From a virus (lineage: Duplodnaviria > Caudoviricetes): DNA of 64,000 nt. The position numbers and the translations under genes were made by a program. How positions within the stretch are numbered: position 1 is the first letter of the stretch; each line of letters begins with the position of its first letter. Location of the stretch: positions 32,001-96,000 of the IMG/VR virus record IMGVR_UViG_3300021255_002052. The stretch is one strand, 5' to 3'. The notes below the pieces were generated by a model. It was not told where the DNA came from and did not search any database. It was given only the letters and a program-made list of their open reading frames with translations. Below are positions 1-10,494 of this stretch, piece by piece.

Positions 1-774
1 GAGTACCTCAAAAAGGTGATCCTAGACTATAACGGAGGAGCTGACGCGTACGGGAATATAGCCTATATACTGATAGACGCCGGATCTGGCGGAGGTGGAG
101 TAAATATCGCCGATTATTTAATGCCAGACTGGACGGACAAGGCGGGAATGAAGCACAGAGGGCTTATAGATAAAGAGTACTCCGAGGAATACGTAAAGAA
201 ATTTCCGAATGCAGTAGATAAAGTAAAATTAGTCTCCCCGTCTATGTATAAATCTGAGATGTACGAGGCACTCATAGAGCTTACGTCTCAGGACAAGATA
301 TCTTTTACTGCTCCCTACGACAATAAAGATTATCTTACGACCTTTGTCGTCGACGAGGCAAAGACATAGAAGCGGCGAAAAGAAATCGCCGATCGTCTCA
401 GAGCCGAAAAAGTTGACGAGTCTGAATTTGAACGAAGGTTAGCCGAAGAGCTGGAACAGGAGATGGATACTGAGCGGATTAAGCTCGACTGGGAAGACAA
501 GATGGCTTTAGCCAATATGGATGCCCTTAAGGAAGAGCTGGTCAATATGGTTAGGAAGAAACGTGAATCCGGGAAAGACTCCTTCGAGCTAACTCCGGAA
601 AAAGCGAACATTCTTCACGATGACCGCGCTTATACCGCCGCTCTTCTTGCGTACGCTCTTATGTTGGAGCGCCGGAAACAAATAATACCGAAGAAGAAAT
701 CTTCTGCGAATATTATGGATGCCCTACATATAAGAGCACCCAGGAAGGTAACACGATATGATAGGAGGGGGTGA
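1..774 (+). CDS. terL: Terminase large subunit, C-terminal nuclease part (5'-truncated; TAG at 367 read as Gln)
   Basis: ORFs 16..369 and 463..774 share a frame, joined across TAG. Motifs IDAGSGGGG and HDDRAY fit a terminase RNase H-like domain. Lies directly upstream of the portal. Confidence 0.85.
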
Positions 775-2324
775 CCGTTACGGCAAAAATAACCAGAACT
801 CAAGAGGACGATTACGTAACAAAACGTGAGCGAGCCTAGAAAATAACAGAAGCGTATTTCCAGAGGTTATCCGACGAGGGTATACTAACCCGAAATCCGC
901 GTGGTAACGTCTCGAAGACGTTTACTCAGTACACTAGAGAGGAACTGGATTCCTATACGGAGTCACCTCTGAATAACATAGACAATATCAGAGAGATCTC
1001 GCGATTCTTAACTAGAGTTTCGATGCCGTACAAGCTCTTGCTTTAGTATTATGCATCGATGTATGAGTATCGCTATAATATTACTCCTATTTCTGACTAT
1101 TCTAAGGCTTTCAAGTCTAATATCCTGAAATAGTACCAGGATATTCTCTTAAGATTCCACGGTTTCGATGTGGCGGCGGAACTGAACGATATCATCTACA
1201 TAATGCTGCGAGATGGTATCTATGTCGGATTTATGTACGACTCAGAGGAAGATGGTATGTTCTTTATGCCACTGGACGTTCGCTATTGTAGGATTACCGG
1301 CAAAACGCCCGAAGGACAGTGGATCGTATATTTCGATGCGAACTATTTTAACCAGGGGAACAATATTCAGTTTGTTGAGGGCATAGATGGCGACACTTCC
1401 GCGTGTTGGGACCCGGTGTTTGTCGACGGTTATAGACAGTACGATGAACAGGGAAGGGACTACCAGTGGTTTTAGCTAACGCCGGAACTGACGGCTTGCT
1501 TCATAGCGACGACGAGCGACGAATTCTATATGCCGCTACCCTATTTCCTGCCGATTTTCAAGAGTCTCTTGCAGCTACTCGACACGGAGACCCTGATCGC
1601 CAATAAGAACGAGCTCCAGAATTACAAACTGATCTTGGAGAAGATCCCGCTCCTGAACGGGGACGATATTGATGACTTCGCAGTCTCTTTAGACCTGGTT
1701 ATGAGATTCCAGGACTTACTCGAATAGACTGTCCCGGATAACGTAGGCGTAGGTCTTACTCCGTGTGAGACTGAGGTAGTCTCCTTCGAGAAGTCCACTT
1801 CTACCGCCGACACTGACGAACTCGGAAACGCGATGAATAATCTGTTTTCTAACGCTGGTGTAAACCGTCTGATCGTCAGTTCTGGAGAATCTTCCAACGC
1901 TAACGGAATCAAATATTCCATAGCAAATGACCTAGGAAAAATCTCGGTATTTGTTAGAAAAATAGAATCCTGGCTGAACTACTTCATCAAGAAGAATATT
2001 GCGGAGGGATTCTTTATTCGCATTATGGATATCACAAGGTATAACCACCAGGATTTCGTTAACGAGATGAAAGAAGCTGCGACTCTTGGCGGATCCAAGA
2101 TGGATTACCTGATCGCGCTCGGACACGAGCCACTGGAGATCATCAATAAGTTAAAGTTCGAAAGCGAACTACTTCAAATAGCGCAATACATGGAGCCGCT
2201 AGAAAGCTCGTATAATAGAACTGATTCTGTCGGTGGTGCTCCGACGAAACCGGATGAAGATTTATCACCAGAAGGACAGGCAACTAGAGATTCCGGGAAG
2301 AACGAAGACAAAGGTAACAAATAA
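771..2324 (+). CDS. Portal protein (~517 aa, several TAG=Gln)
   Basis: ORFs 1170, 1530 and 1833 are in one frame, separated only by TAG. Ends in TAA with a typical portal tail (GGAPTKPDEDLSPEGQATRD). Start is GTG 771 or ACG 780. Confidence 0.8.
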
Positions 2325-2330
2325 AACCAT

Positions 2331-2541
2331 ACCCATATGAGATTGTTTAGCATTTACGAGATGGGGCTGTCATCTCGAGCTTTCATTTGTGCGTTTCTTA
2401 AACGCTCGTATCATTTGATACGCTTCTAAATTTTTTCGGTGAGCATCATGGTAAAACCGATAATGCCTACTATATCAGCTATTCTGCCGATCATAGTCCA
2501 CATTTTCTCACCTCCCCTAACTATATATTTCTCATATGGGT
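2331..2541. repeat. 12-bp perfect inverted repeat ACCCATATGAGA (2331-2342) / TCTCATATGGGT (2530-2541) flanking the peptide gene
   Basis: Read directly. Internal hairpins also present at 2357-2377 and 2407-2422. Confidence 0.8.
2411..2503 (-). CDS. Small hydrophobic peptide MWTMIGRIADIVGIIGFTMMLTEKI(Q)KRIK, type I toxin-like or exclusion peptide
   Basis: Strong RBS GGGGAGGTGA before the ATG at 2503 on the minus strand. One hydrophobic segment plus a basic tail. TATAAT at 2558..2553. Confidence 0.6.
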
Positions 2542-2552
2542 GGATTTTATAC

Positions 2553-2558
2553 ATTATA
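2553..2558 (-). promoter_or_regulatory. Putative sigma-A -10 box (TATAAT) for the antisense peptide gene
   Basis: Perfect TATAAT about 50 nt upstream of the ATG. The -35 match is weak. Confidence 0.4.
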
Positions 2559-2576
2559 CACCGTAAAGGAAAAAAG

Positions 2577-2747
2577 ATGAAAAAGTTCATTAAGACGAAC
2601 GATCTGAAAACTAAGGAAATACTTCTGGAACTTGGCTATCAGCTAATTTCCGACGCTAACGGTGTAGCTACGTTCCTGAACGATTCGAAGATCGTTTTCG
2701 ATAAAAAAGATAAGAAAGTTATTTATAGTAACAAACTGGAAATATAA
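2577..2747 (+). CDS. Small hypothetical phage protein (56 aa)
   Basis: AAAGGA RBS, ATG 2577, MKKFIKTNDLKTKEILLELGYQLI..., ends TAA. Lies between portal and protease. Confidence 0.7.
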   Translation: MKKFIKTNDLKTKEILLELGYQLISDANGVATFLNDSKIVFDKKDKKVIYSNKLEI

Positions 2748-2762
2748 CGGAAGGAGGAATCC

Positions 2763-4301
2763 ATGAAGAAGAAAATTCTAACATTGGAAGATCTGTATTC
2801 CTTCTATAGTACGAAGAAACGTTCCATGACGTTCTCGGCGGAAAAACAGGGCTACTAGATCGGAGTCATGGTTCCCGCTACGTTCGAGGCCGATGAATCC
2901 GGCAGTGAAACGATGATGTTTGCTAATATCAAAGCTTTTCACTGCGGACGAAATCGCAATGGAAGCTCCGTAACTATGGAAGCCGCAGAGGCCGCGTTAC
3001 CTGATATGGATTATAAGCCGGTACTTGCTCATATCGTCTCTAACGACGAAGGCGAGGAAGATTTTTCTGCCCACGACTATACGGTAGATGAGGAAGGAAA
3101 CTTCATCTATCTGGAAAGCTAGGTCGGAACCGTTATGGCGGGCACTTCCTATATAGAACACGACGACGAGAAGGATCGTGATTACGTTTTCTGTAAAGTG
3201 GCGATCCCGAAAGGATATTCGCATACGTCGGATATCATAGAGCGTCGTGGCGGGACGGACGTATCTGTTGAACTTCTAATAAATGAATGCTCTTATAACG
3301 CCAAGGAAAAGTACCTGGAGCTGTCGGATATAGAAGTTGCGGGAATTACTCTGTTGGGTGCCGATTATGAACCCGGCATGTCCGGTGCGAAGCTTCAGCT
3401 AAAGGATTTCGCGGCGCAGGAAACATCTACCGCTCTCTTTTCTGCTGAGCAGACTGAACGCCTGATTAATGCTCTCGAAAATCTAACCGAGAGTCTTAAT
3501 ATAGAAAACTACGGGAAGGAGGACGAAACGATGGACGAGGAAAGAACAATTACCGAGTCTGAGGAGGAAGTCACGGAAGAAGTGACTACCGAGACCGAGG
3601 AAGAGACCGTCGATACCGAGGAAGAGATCGAAGAAACTCCTTCCGAAGAGTTCGAGGTGATCACGAGAGATTTTGAGATAGACGGACATCCGTTTTCTGT
3701 GAGTTTCTCGCTCAGCCATGAAGACATCAGAACTGGTCTTTACAATCTGATTTCTATGGCCGGTTGGGAATCCGAGGATAATGATTGGTACGGCATTTCT
3801 GCTGTATACGATGATCATTTTATTGCTAGAGGATTCTTCACAGACCAGATCTGGGGACAGAACTATGTTGTAGATGGCGATAATATCGATTTCTCCGGTG
3901 ACAGATATCGGCTTCATGCGGAATATCTTACGGATTCGGAGCTTGAGTCTCTGAACGAAATGAGATCTAACTATTCCGCCATTTCAGAGAAACTAGCCAA
4001 TTATGAGCTAGCAGAACTGAATGCTCAGAGGGACGAAATCCTCAATTCGGAGAAGTACGCTAACTACGTGAATACGAAAGAGTTTAAACAACTCAGAGAG
4101 CACAAGGAAGATTATTCTCTGGAAGATCTGAGGACTCAGTGCGAGCTCGCTTTTGCGGCGCAGTTTAATGGTAAGCCGGAAGTGCAGACTTTCGCGGCTA
4201 ACAAGAAAACCCCGAAGATGTTTATGTTTGGACAGCAAGAGAAACAGGAAAACGACTTCCTGGCTGGCCTTCATGAAATAGTAACGAATAGAAAGAAATA
4301 A
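2763..4301 (+). CDS. Prohead protease / scaffold fusion (~512 aa; TAG at 2856 and 3120)
   Basis: AAGGAGGA RBS. Protease-like N-terminal motifs (HCGRNRNGS, VSVEL, ITLLG...PGM) followed by an acidic, coiled-coil scaffold region. Confidence 0.8.
3531..4301 (+). CDS. Nested in-frame scaffolding protein (256 aa) from an internal start
   Basis: Perfect AAGGAGG at 3516-3522, 8 nt before the in-frame ATG 3531, at the start of the Glu/Thr-rich region. Confidence 0.65.
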   Translation: MDEERTITESEEEVTEEVTTETEEETVDTEEEIEETPSEEFEVITRDFEIDGHPFSVSFSLSHEDIRTGLYNLISMAGWESEDNDWYGISAVYDDHFIARGFFTDQIWGQNYVVDGDNIDFSGDRYRLHAEYLTDSELESLNEMRSNYSAISEKLANYELAELNAQRDEILNSEKYANYVNTKEFKQLREHKEDYSLEDLRTQCELAFAAQFNGKPEVQTFAANKKTPKMFMFGQQEKQENDFLAGLHEIVTNRKK

Positions 4302-4330
4302 TATATAAAACGAAAAAGGAGGAAAATACC

Positions 4331-4930
4331 ATGGCTTTTGTAAATAGTAACGCAAAAGGAAGACATGGACAGTTCCAGTCTAGTCGCCTTAAAGCTACAG
4401 ACGTCGGAAGAATCTATGATGCCCTTTGCGTAGAAGACGCTGCGGCTGAAACAAAGGAATATATTGATATGGACAACGGCGTGGCGTTGTCTATTAAAGA
4501 TTTTACCGGAAATGGCCTTCAGGAGGTTTATGCGGAGATTGCTAAGACCACTGATAAGATCGCAGTCACCGGTGATGTAGCGCTCGTAAAGGATGCCCGC
4601 ATCAAGCGAGACGAGGTTCCGTCTAATTGGTACCGCAAGGCCGGAGTGCCGATCAAGACTTATGAAGTGCTTGACGACGATTACGAAGTTTTTGCTGTAG
4701 CTGATTATCAGTTCACTGACGCTTCCGTTGCCAATATCAAGGTTGGCGCTTACGTAGTTACCGACGGCAACGGCATGTGGGTTGCACAGGCTGCGGCTCC
4801 GGATGCTAGCAAATATGGCTTCATTGGCAAGATTCATAGCCTCCAGACTGACCGTTTCAACCTGGCTGCAGATGGCAAGCATCTTACCACGATCGTACGT
4901 ATTCAGTGCGTACAGAACAAACAGCTTTGA
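4331..4930 (+). CDS. Capsid decoration / cement-like structural protein (199 aa)
   Basis: Intact ORF with strong RBS between the scaffold and major capsid genes. Function inferred from position. Confidence 0.6.
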   Translation: MAFVNSNAKGRHGQFQSSRLKATDVGRIYDALCVEDAAAETKEYIDMDNGVALSIKDFTGNGLQEVYAEIAKTTDKIAVTGDVALVKDARIKRDEVPSNWYRKAGVPIKTYEVLDDDYEVFAVADYQFTDASVANIKVGAYVVTDGNGMWVAQAAAPDASKYGFIGKIHSLQTDRFNLAADGKHLTTIVRIQCVQNKQL

Positions 4931-4956
4931 TTTTTGAAGAAAGGAGGGAATAAGAC

Positions 4957-5375
4957 ATGCCTAGAATTATGACATATTCAGCGCATATGCTGGACGCTTT
5001 CAAGAATGATGTAAACAATATCGTAGCTTTCTAGTCTCTAATGATGGATACGAGTAATCGCAATTATGTCAAGTATCCGCATGATGAGTCTAATGAAATG
5101 ATCCGCGCTCAGCTCAATAAGGTGCTGGGAATTGACTATAAGACCGCTTCCAATATGGAACGCAGATAGGCCATGAGACTTCACGGTCCTGAAGCTTACT
5201 CTCTGGTCGAGACTGTTCTTGTTGAGAAGCTTCAGTCCGGCTGGGATTCCAATAACGCTTTCTTCATGAATTATGTGGAGCAGAGGAATCTGGCACAGGG
5301 TGACATGAACGAGTTCTACGTAGAGGACAATAGTCTTCTAACGGTAAGCCGTTTCGCTGGAAACCATCATGACGT
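4957..5375 (+). CDS. Major capsid protein, exon 1 (TAG at 5032 and 5167)
   Basis: AAGGAGG RBS, ATG 4957. Reading ends ...FAGNHHD-GT at the predicted 5' splice site. Confidence 0.8.
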
Positions 5376-6531
5376 TAATTTTTATAGCGTCCGTGTAGCG
5401 TGAGCTGCATGATAAAATACGCATCTAACTGCTGGAAACCCTTAAAGCTAACTAAACCACTACGTGGGGATGAAATAAGCCCGAGCGTGACGGTGACGAA
5501 AGTAGAAAAAATTAGTTAGATGGCATAAGGTTAAAACCTAAGTGCTGAAACAATAGGCAATCAGCAGCCAAATTCCGAACAGGAAGAGGTTCAACGACTA
5601 TCCCTTTGGTGGGCTAATCCCCCACAACAGGAGTACGGCTCAAGCGAGTAGGTGAAAATCCTTTAAATGGAAATGGTGCGTCGTTATATTATTATAACGA
5701 AAAGATATAGTCTGCTCACGGGTGAAAGATCCGTGGGATATTTAATATCCGACAGGGAATAGCGCCCCTACAAAATTATTTCCCCTTATACCCTTAAAAG
5801 GAGCGATTAAAACGAAAGATAAAATTTCTGGGATTTACTGCATCAGAAATATAGAGAACGACAAGAGATATATCGGACAGTCTATAGATATTCATGATAG
5901 ATGGAGACGGCATATAAGTGAGTTGACCAATGGGAAACACCACAACGACCATCTTCAAAAATCATGGAATAAATATGGAGAAGATTCTTTCTAGTTTGAT
6001 GTATTAGAGGAATGTCCTGAAGATTAGCTAGATGATAGAGAACGTTTCTATATTGACGTGTACAATACGATGGACGGGGATTTCGGATATAATGAAAAAA
6101 CTGGAGGATAGGCTGGCAATCATTATTCTGAACAGACACGTCTAAAGATGAGTGAATCTATAAAACGTACTTTTCTAGATCCAAATAGAAGAAAGATACA
6201 GAGTGAAAACGCCTTGAAACAATGGGCGAATCCGGAGATAAAATAGAAAATTCTTGGAGAAAATAATGGTATGTACGGAAAACACCATTCTGAAGAATCC
6301 AAGAGAAAGATGGGCGAAGCCAAGAAGGGACGACCTTCATGGAGACGCAATACGACTCCGGTTTTCTGCGTTGAATTGGATCAAACATATGACTGCGCTG
6401 TCACCGCAGCTAAAGAGCTATCGTTAGATAGTTGTGGCATATTAAAAACATGTAGAGGAGAACGCCATACATGTGGTGGTTACCATTGGAATTTTGTTTA
6501 ATAGGGAAAATAATATAAGTCAAACATAAGG
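5376..6531 (+). mobile_element. Group I self-splicing intron (IA-like) in the major capsid gene
   Basis: Core elements: P AACTGCTGGAAA 5427, Q AATCAGCAGC 5559, R GTTCAACGACTA 5589, S AAGATATAGTCT 5702. P3 is ACGCATC/GGTGCGT. P1 pairs exon GACGT with GCGTC 5387-5391, giving U.G at T5375. Terminal G at 6531. Splicing restores HHDVIRQ in frame. Confidence 0.9.
5806..6501 (+). CDS. Intron-encoded GIY-YIG homing endonuclease with NUMOD3/NUMOD1-like DNA-binding tail (4 TAG=Gln)
   Basis: SGIYCIRNIENDKRYIGQS...RWRRH, GYN, then GMYGKHHSEESKRKM and a C-terminal GGYHW. No ATG at the 5' end; ATT 5806 or ACG 5812 follows AAGGAG. Confidence 0.88.
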
Positions 6532-7210
6532 TATTAGACAGGCTTTACTGCCCGGCAAGTCTTTCGTCATTGATACCGAGTGGAAGGTCATCAAAGTTTA
6601 TGCTGACTTCCGCCTGATGATGACTGGTCGTATCGACTTCGCTGAGTTCATCGACCGTTGCTACAGATCTATCGAAGTAGACCGTTACGACGCTATCTAT
6701 GAAGAGTTCATGGCTCTTGACGATGCTATTCCGACCGATCTGGTTAAGGGTATTACTTTTAGCGAGAACACTCGTACCGATATTATCGAACACATCGAGA
6801 CAGTCGCTTCTGCTGCCGGATCCGAAGTTACTCTTGTAGGAACCCGTCCGGCCCTTGAGAAGCTTCAGTCCACTGTTAACTACAATATGTGGTCTGATGC
6901 GATGAAGGATGAGCGCCACAATAACCAGATCCTGGGTAACTGGGAAGGTTATGAGCTTCTTCCGCTTCGTAGAGTTAATAAACTGAATACTTTCCAGTCT
7001 GTTTTCACCGCAGCGGACAACAACAAGATCCTCGTTATGCCGAAGAATATGGACAAGCCGATCAAGCTTGTTGTCGAAGGCGACGTGGAAGTTTACGAGG
7101 GCGGCCGTGACGGCATGAAGAAAGACATGACCGTTGATACTGAGATCCAGTACTGCGAAGGTGTCGGAACAGTCGTTAATCAGTACTTTGGCGAGATCAA
7201 GATTCAGTGA
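6532..7210 (+). CDS. Major capsid protein, exon 2 (spliced product ~365 aa)
   Basis: Frame is open from 6532 (IRQALLPGKSF...) into ORF 6617..7210. Exon lengths 419+679 nt give 366 codons. Confidence 0.8.
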
Positions 7211-7240
7211 TCTCACTGATCGACGGAGGATTAGAAGGAA

Positions 7241-7912
7241 ATGAAAATAGGTGAATTATCCAAAGAGCTAGGGGTCAAGAATAAGGACCTGATAACATAC
7301 CTGAGAGAGGCCGGGTTTTCCTCGGTCTCTTCTCATGTTCAGGCCGCGACAGAAGACATGATTGTCATGGCTCACAAACACTTTGATGCACTTGAGGAAA
7401 CTCCTAAATAGGAGGAACCTGCTGAGCAGCCGGTAGAGAAATCTTCCCAGAAGAGGCCGCTTAAACGGTTCGCTCTCGACGATATGATCCCGTGTCGGTC
7501 TGTGACACCTTACGGTCTCATCCTTGAATCTCCTGATAGGACACTGATCTACCGTTGGAGCAACTGGGGCGACGTAGAACTTGTCAGATACAAGGATCTC
7601 CAGTCATGGAGACGGAATCCGATCGTTACAGACCCGAAGATTCTGATCGAAGACGCTGATCTGGTCGAGCAGTGGAAACGCGATATCGGAGATGTCTATA
7701 AGCCGTTCATTGGGGTGGATTATCCGGAAGAACTGTTTGATCTGTCTGACGACGATTTTGAGAAGCTTCTTAGAACCGGGAATCGGACGGTTAAGCAGAT
7801 CATTGCGACCACAGCAATGTCGATGATCCGCGCCGAGAATTATCCAGACGTGAGGAAACTCAGGATCATTGACGACGTCCTCGGGACGATGCTGATGCAG
7901 GTCCTTAGGTAA
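7241..7912 (+). CDS. Protein with an N-terminal IF2-N-like domain fused, via TAG 7409, to a phage head-module domain (223 aa)
   Basis: MKIGELSKELGVKNKDLITYLREAGFSSVSSH resembles the translation initiation factor IF2 N-terminal motif. In frame with ORF 7484..7912. Confidence 0.7.
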
Positions 7913-7932
7913 TATAAAAAGGAGGAGGCTAA

Positions 7933-8379
7933 ATGGAATATGAAGTTATTTTCAATCGCTTCCTCTCCCGTATAAAAGATGTTTCTCTGCTTTCTCTAGA
8001 GGAAAGATACAGGAACGAAATGTTACAAGATTATCTAATCGGTGCGCTTGGTATTCCGTATGTGCGTAAGATCTTCTCTACCATAGAAACAGACGACGAC
8101 TACGGAGAGCTCTCTTACACTCTAGCGGACGATTTTACGACCGACGTAGATTCGGCTGATCGTTTCGTCCTGGAGGTTCTAGTTCAGGCGATGACAGTAG
8201 AGTGGCTGCGCCCACAGATAGATAACGCACTCAATCTCGCTATGGTAATTGGTGGTAAGGAAGAAAAAGTTCTTTAGAACAATTTGAAAGCCAACATGTA
8301 GCGTCTCCATGACGCGGAAATTCGGCTTCAAAAATATATTAGAGACCACGGCTACTATCAGGGAAACTATGAGTCTTAA
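7933..8379 (+). CDS. Head-tail adaptor-like protein (148 aa)
   Basis: ORF 7933 extends through two TAGs to TAA 8377-8379. Neck-module position. Confidence 0.6.
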
Positions 8380-8719
8380 ACACGAATACGGGGAATTTAC
8401 TTCGGAACAGGTCGCTAAAGAAAAGAAAGCGCTATAGAGTTCTATATTCTTCCTGCTCTTAGCGGTGGACCCTAAGACGGCAGACCGATATCCGAACGTA
8501 GATGTCGACAAGACGTTTACAAACTTGCTCAGGCGAATCTCCGGGCTTAACACTCTCCTCTTCTGCTAGCGAGAGCTGGTGGACGTGATGAGTTACCTGG
8601 AAGAGGCGAGAACTGAGTACAATAAAGATGATTTCGACTTCGGTTCGTATAGGAATTTAGTCCTTACGGCCGGGGCTGAAGTTATGAAGCTTAAGGAGGT
8701 GGATGATGGCCTCGCTTAA
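8369..8719 (+). CDS. Hypothetical neck-module protein (116 aa, 2 TAG)
   Basis: ATG overlaps the previous gene. Open to TAA with TAG=Gln. Overlaps the next gene's RBS. Confidence 0.65.
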
Positions 8720-9944
8720 TGCTTTAACTAGTTTCTATGGTGCAGAACCTAAAATCGGTAAGCAATTAAAAACTATAGCAGATAGCGCTATGGAATAGAC
8801 ATTCTATAACGATATCACGACGCGAAGATGTTATATCTACGATTATTTTAGTGATGATCCTGAAACGGAAGATCTGGAAGTATTCGGAACGGACTACGTG
8901 CCGCCAGAGGGTTCCAAGAAGATTCCGGTCGATCTCAAGTTCATGATCAAAGGATATAGATCTCTCGCGAAGGATGATCCTGAGTACTACGTATAGTTCT
9001 TGCCATCGGAATGGAACAGAGTAGTCGAAGATCCGGAAAATCAGTAGATTATTCCGAATTACTTCCAGGATCGCTATGGTAAGTTCGGTGTCAGATATCC
9101 GGTAGGACTCTATATTGACGTACCCGACGATCGAGGTCGCTATCAGCGATGGTTGGTCGTATACGAGGATGTCGCTAACTAGTTCCCGAAGTTCGGCGTA
9201 CTTCGCTGTAACTATCAGTTGGACTGGGTTATAGACAAACCGGAAGGTAGATTTAAACGAAAAATGTGGGGAGTATAGAGAACACAGAGTTCGTACAACG
9301 CAGGAATTTATTCCTTCGATAAATCTACGGTAATGGAAAGTCAGTCTCGTTTCTGGCTTCCCTGGAACTCTATCTCTAGAGAGATTTTCTATAATCAGAG
9401 GATCATCCTATCCATGCCTATGGATATCCCCCTCTGTTGGCAAATTTCTAAAGCTCAGAACACCGAACCGCGCGGAGTACTTATGCTTACGCTATATTAG
9501 GATACTTACAATCCTGTTACCGATTATATAGATAAAACCAATCCCGACCATTGGCGGATGTATGCCGATTACTATAAGTTCCCCGCTACCCCGGAATTTT
9601 CGGAGAACGAGGAAACGGAAAACACTCCCACAGGAGAACTGCGTATAAGTAGCAACACGGCTCTGGTAAAGATCGGAGGATCTTATAAGACTCTGACGGC
9701 TACGATCTATAACGAAAAATCGGAAGAGATCACTTCTGACTACTCTTCTTTCTCGTGGTCCTTCGCCCTGGGCGACGGGACTGACGCTACGGATCTGGTT
9801 TCCACGTCGGAGGTTCCTGGTTCTGCTAATAAAATCAAAGTGAAATTCCTCGGAGACGAGTCGTATGTCGGTCAGCGATTAGTCGCTACTTGTACCGCAG
9901 ACGATCTAACTGACGAACATAGCTTTGACATCCTATTCATGTAA
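8706..9944 (+). CDS. Head-closure/neck protein with C-terminal Ig-like domain (~412 aa)
   Basis: AAGGAGGT RBS. In frame with ORF 9558..9944 across TAGs. Function inferred from position. Confidence 0.6.
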
Positions 9945-9954
9945 GGAGGGATAA

Positions 9955-10494
9955 GTGATGGATGCTGAACTCTCCGAACTGATAAAGTACAAAAAAGAAT
10001 TCGGTAAAGATAATATCCACTATAAGGAAATTATCAAACAAAAACTCATGAACAACCGAAAACTACTGGTTGCGTTAGACGCTGACGGCCTGGATCCAGA
10101 TGAGGACCCGGATGCTTATGTTGGCACACATCTAATCCCCTACTACGTGCTTCCCGACGTTAAAACTGAGGCACAAAATCTAGTCTGTTTCGAGACGGCC
10201 TTCACGGAAGTCCCTCGCTACAACGAAACCCGTCGCTACATGTAGATCATCTTCTATATTCTCTGTGATCCGAAAAATATCTATGATCGGAACACGGGCA
10301 TCGCCCGACACGATCTGATCGCGGCAATTATAGAAGACGAATTCAACTACTGTAACGATTTTGGGTACTAGTTGACTATAGTGTCAGACCGTCCATACGC
10401 CGTAGACTCGAATAAGTACGTTCTTCGGACTCTGACATTCGAGCAGATAGATATCCATAATATGCTAAGAGATGGAGCTCTCTATAACAAATGA
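9955..10494 (+). CDS. Tail terminator/completion-like protein (179 aa)
   Basis: ORF 9955 continues through TAG to TGA 10492-10494 (ATGA overlap with the next gene). Motif GIARHDLIAAIIEDEFN. Confidence 0.55.

Noticed and set aside
2439-2576. Hydrophobic N-terminal extension of ORF 2439..2747
   Set aside because: It is the antisense of the peptide cassette. The RBS supports a start at ATG 2577.
5401-5790. tRNA (amber suppressor) or riboswitch in the structured non-coding stretch
   Set aside because: The structure is explained by the group I intron core. No cloverleaf with a CUA anticodon was recognised anywhere in the window, though a tRNA scan is still advisable.
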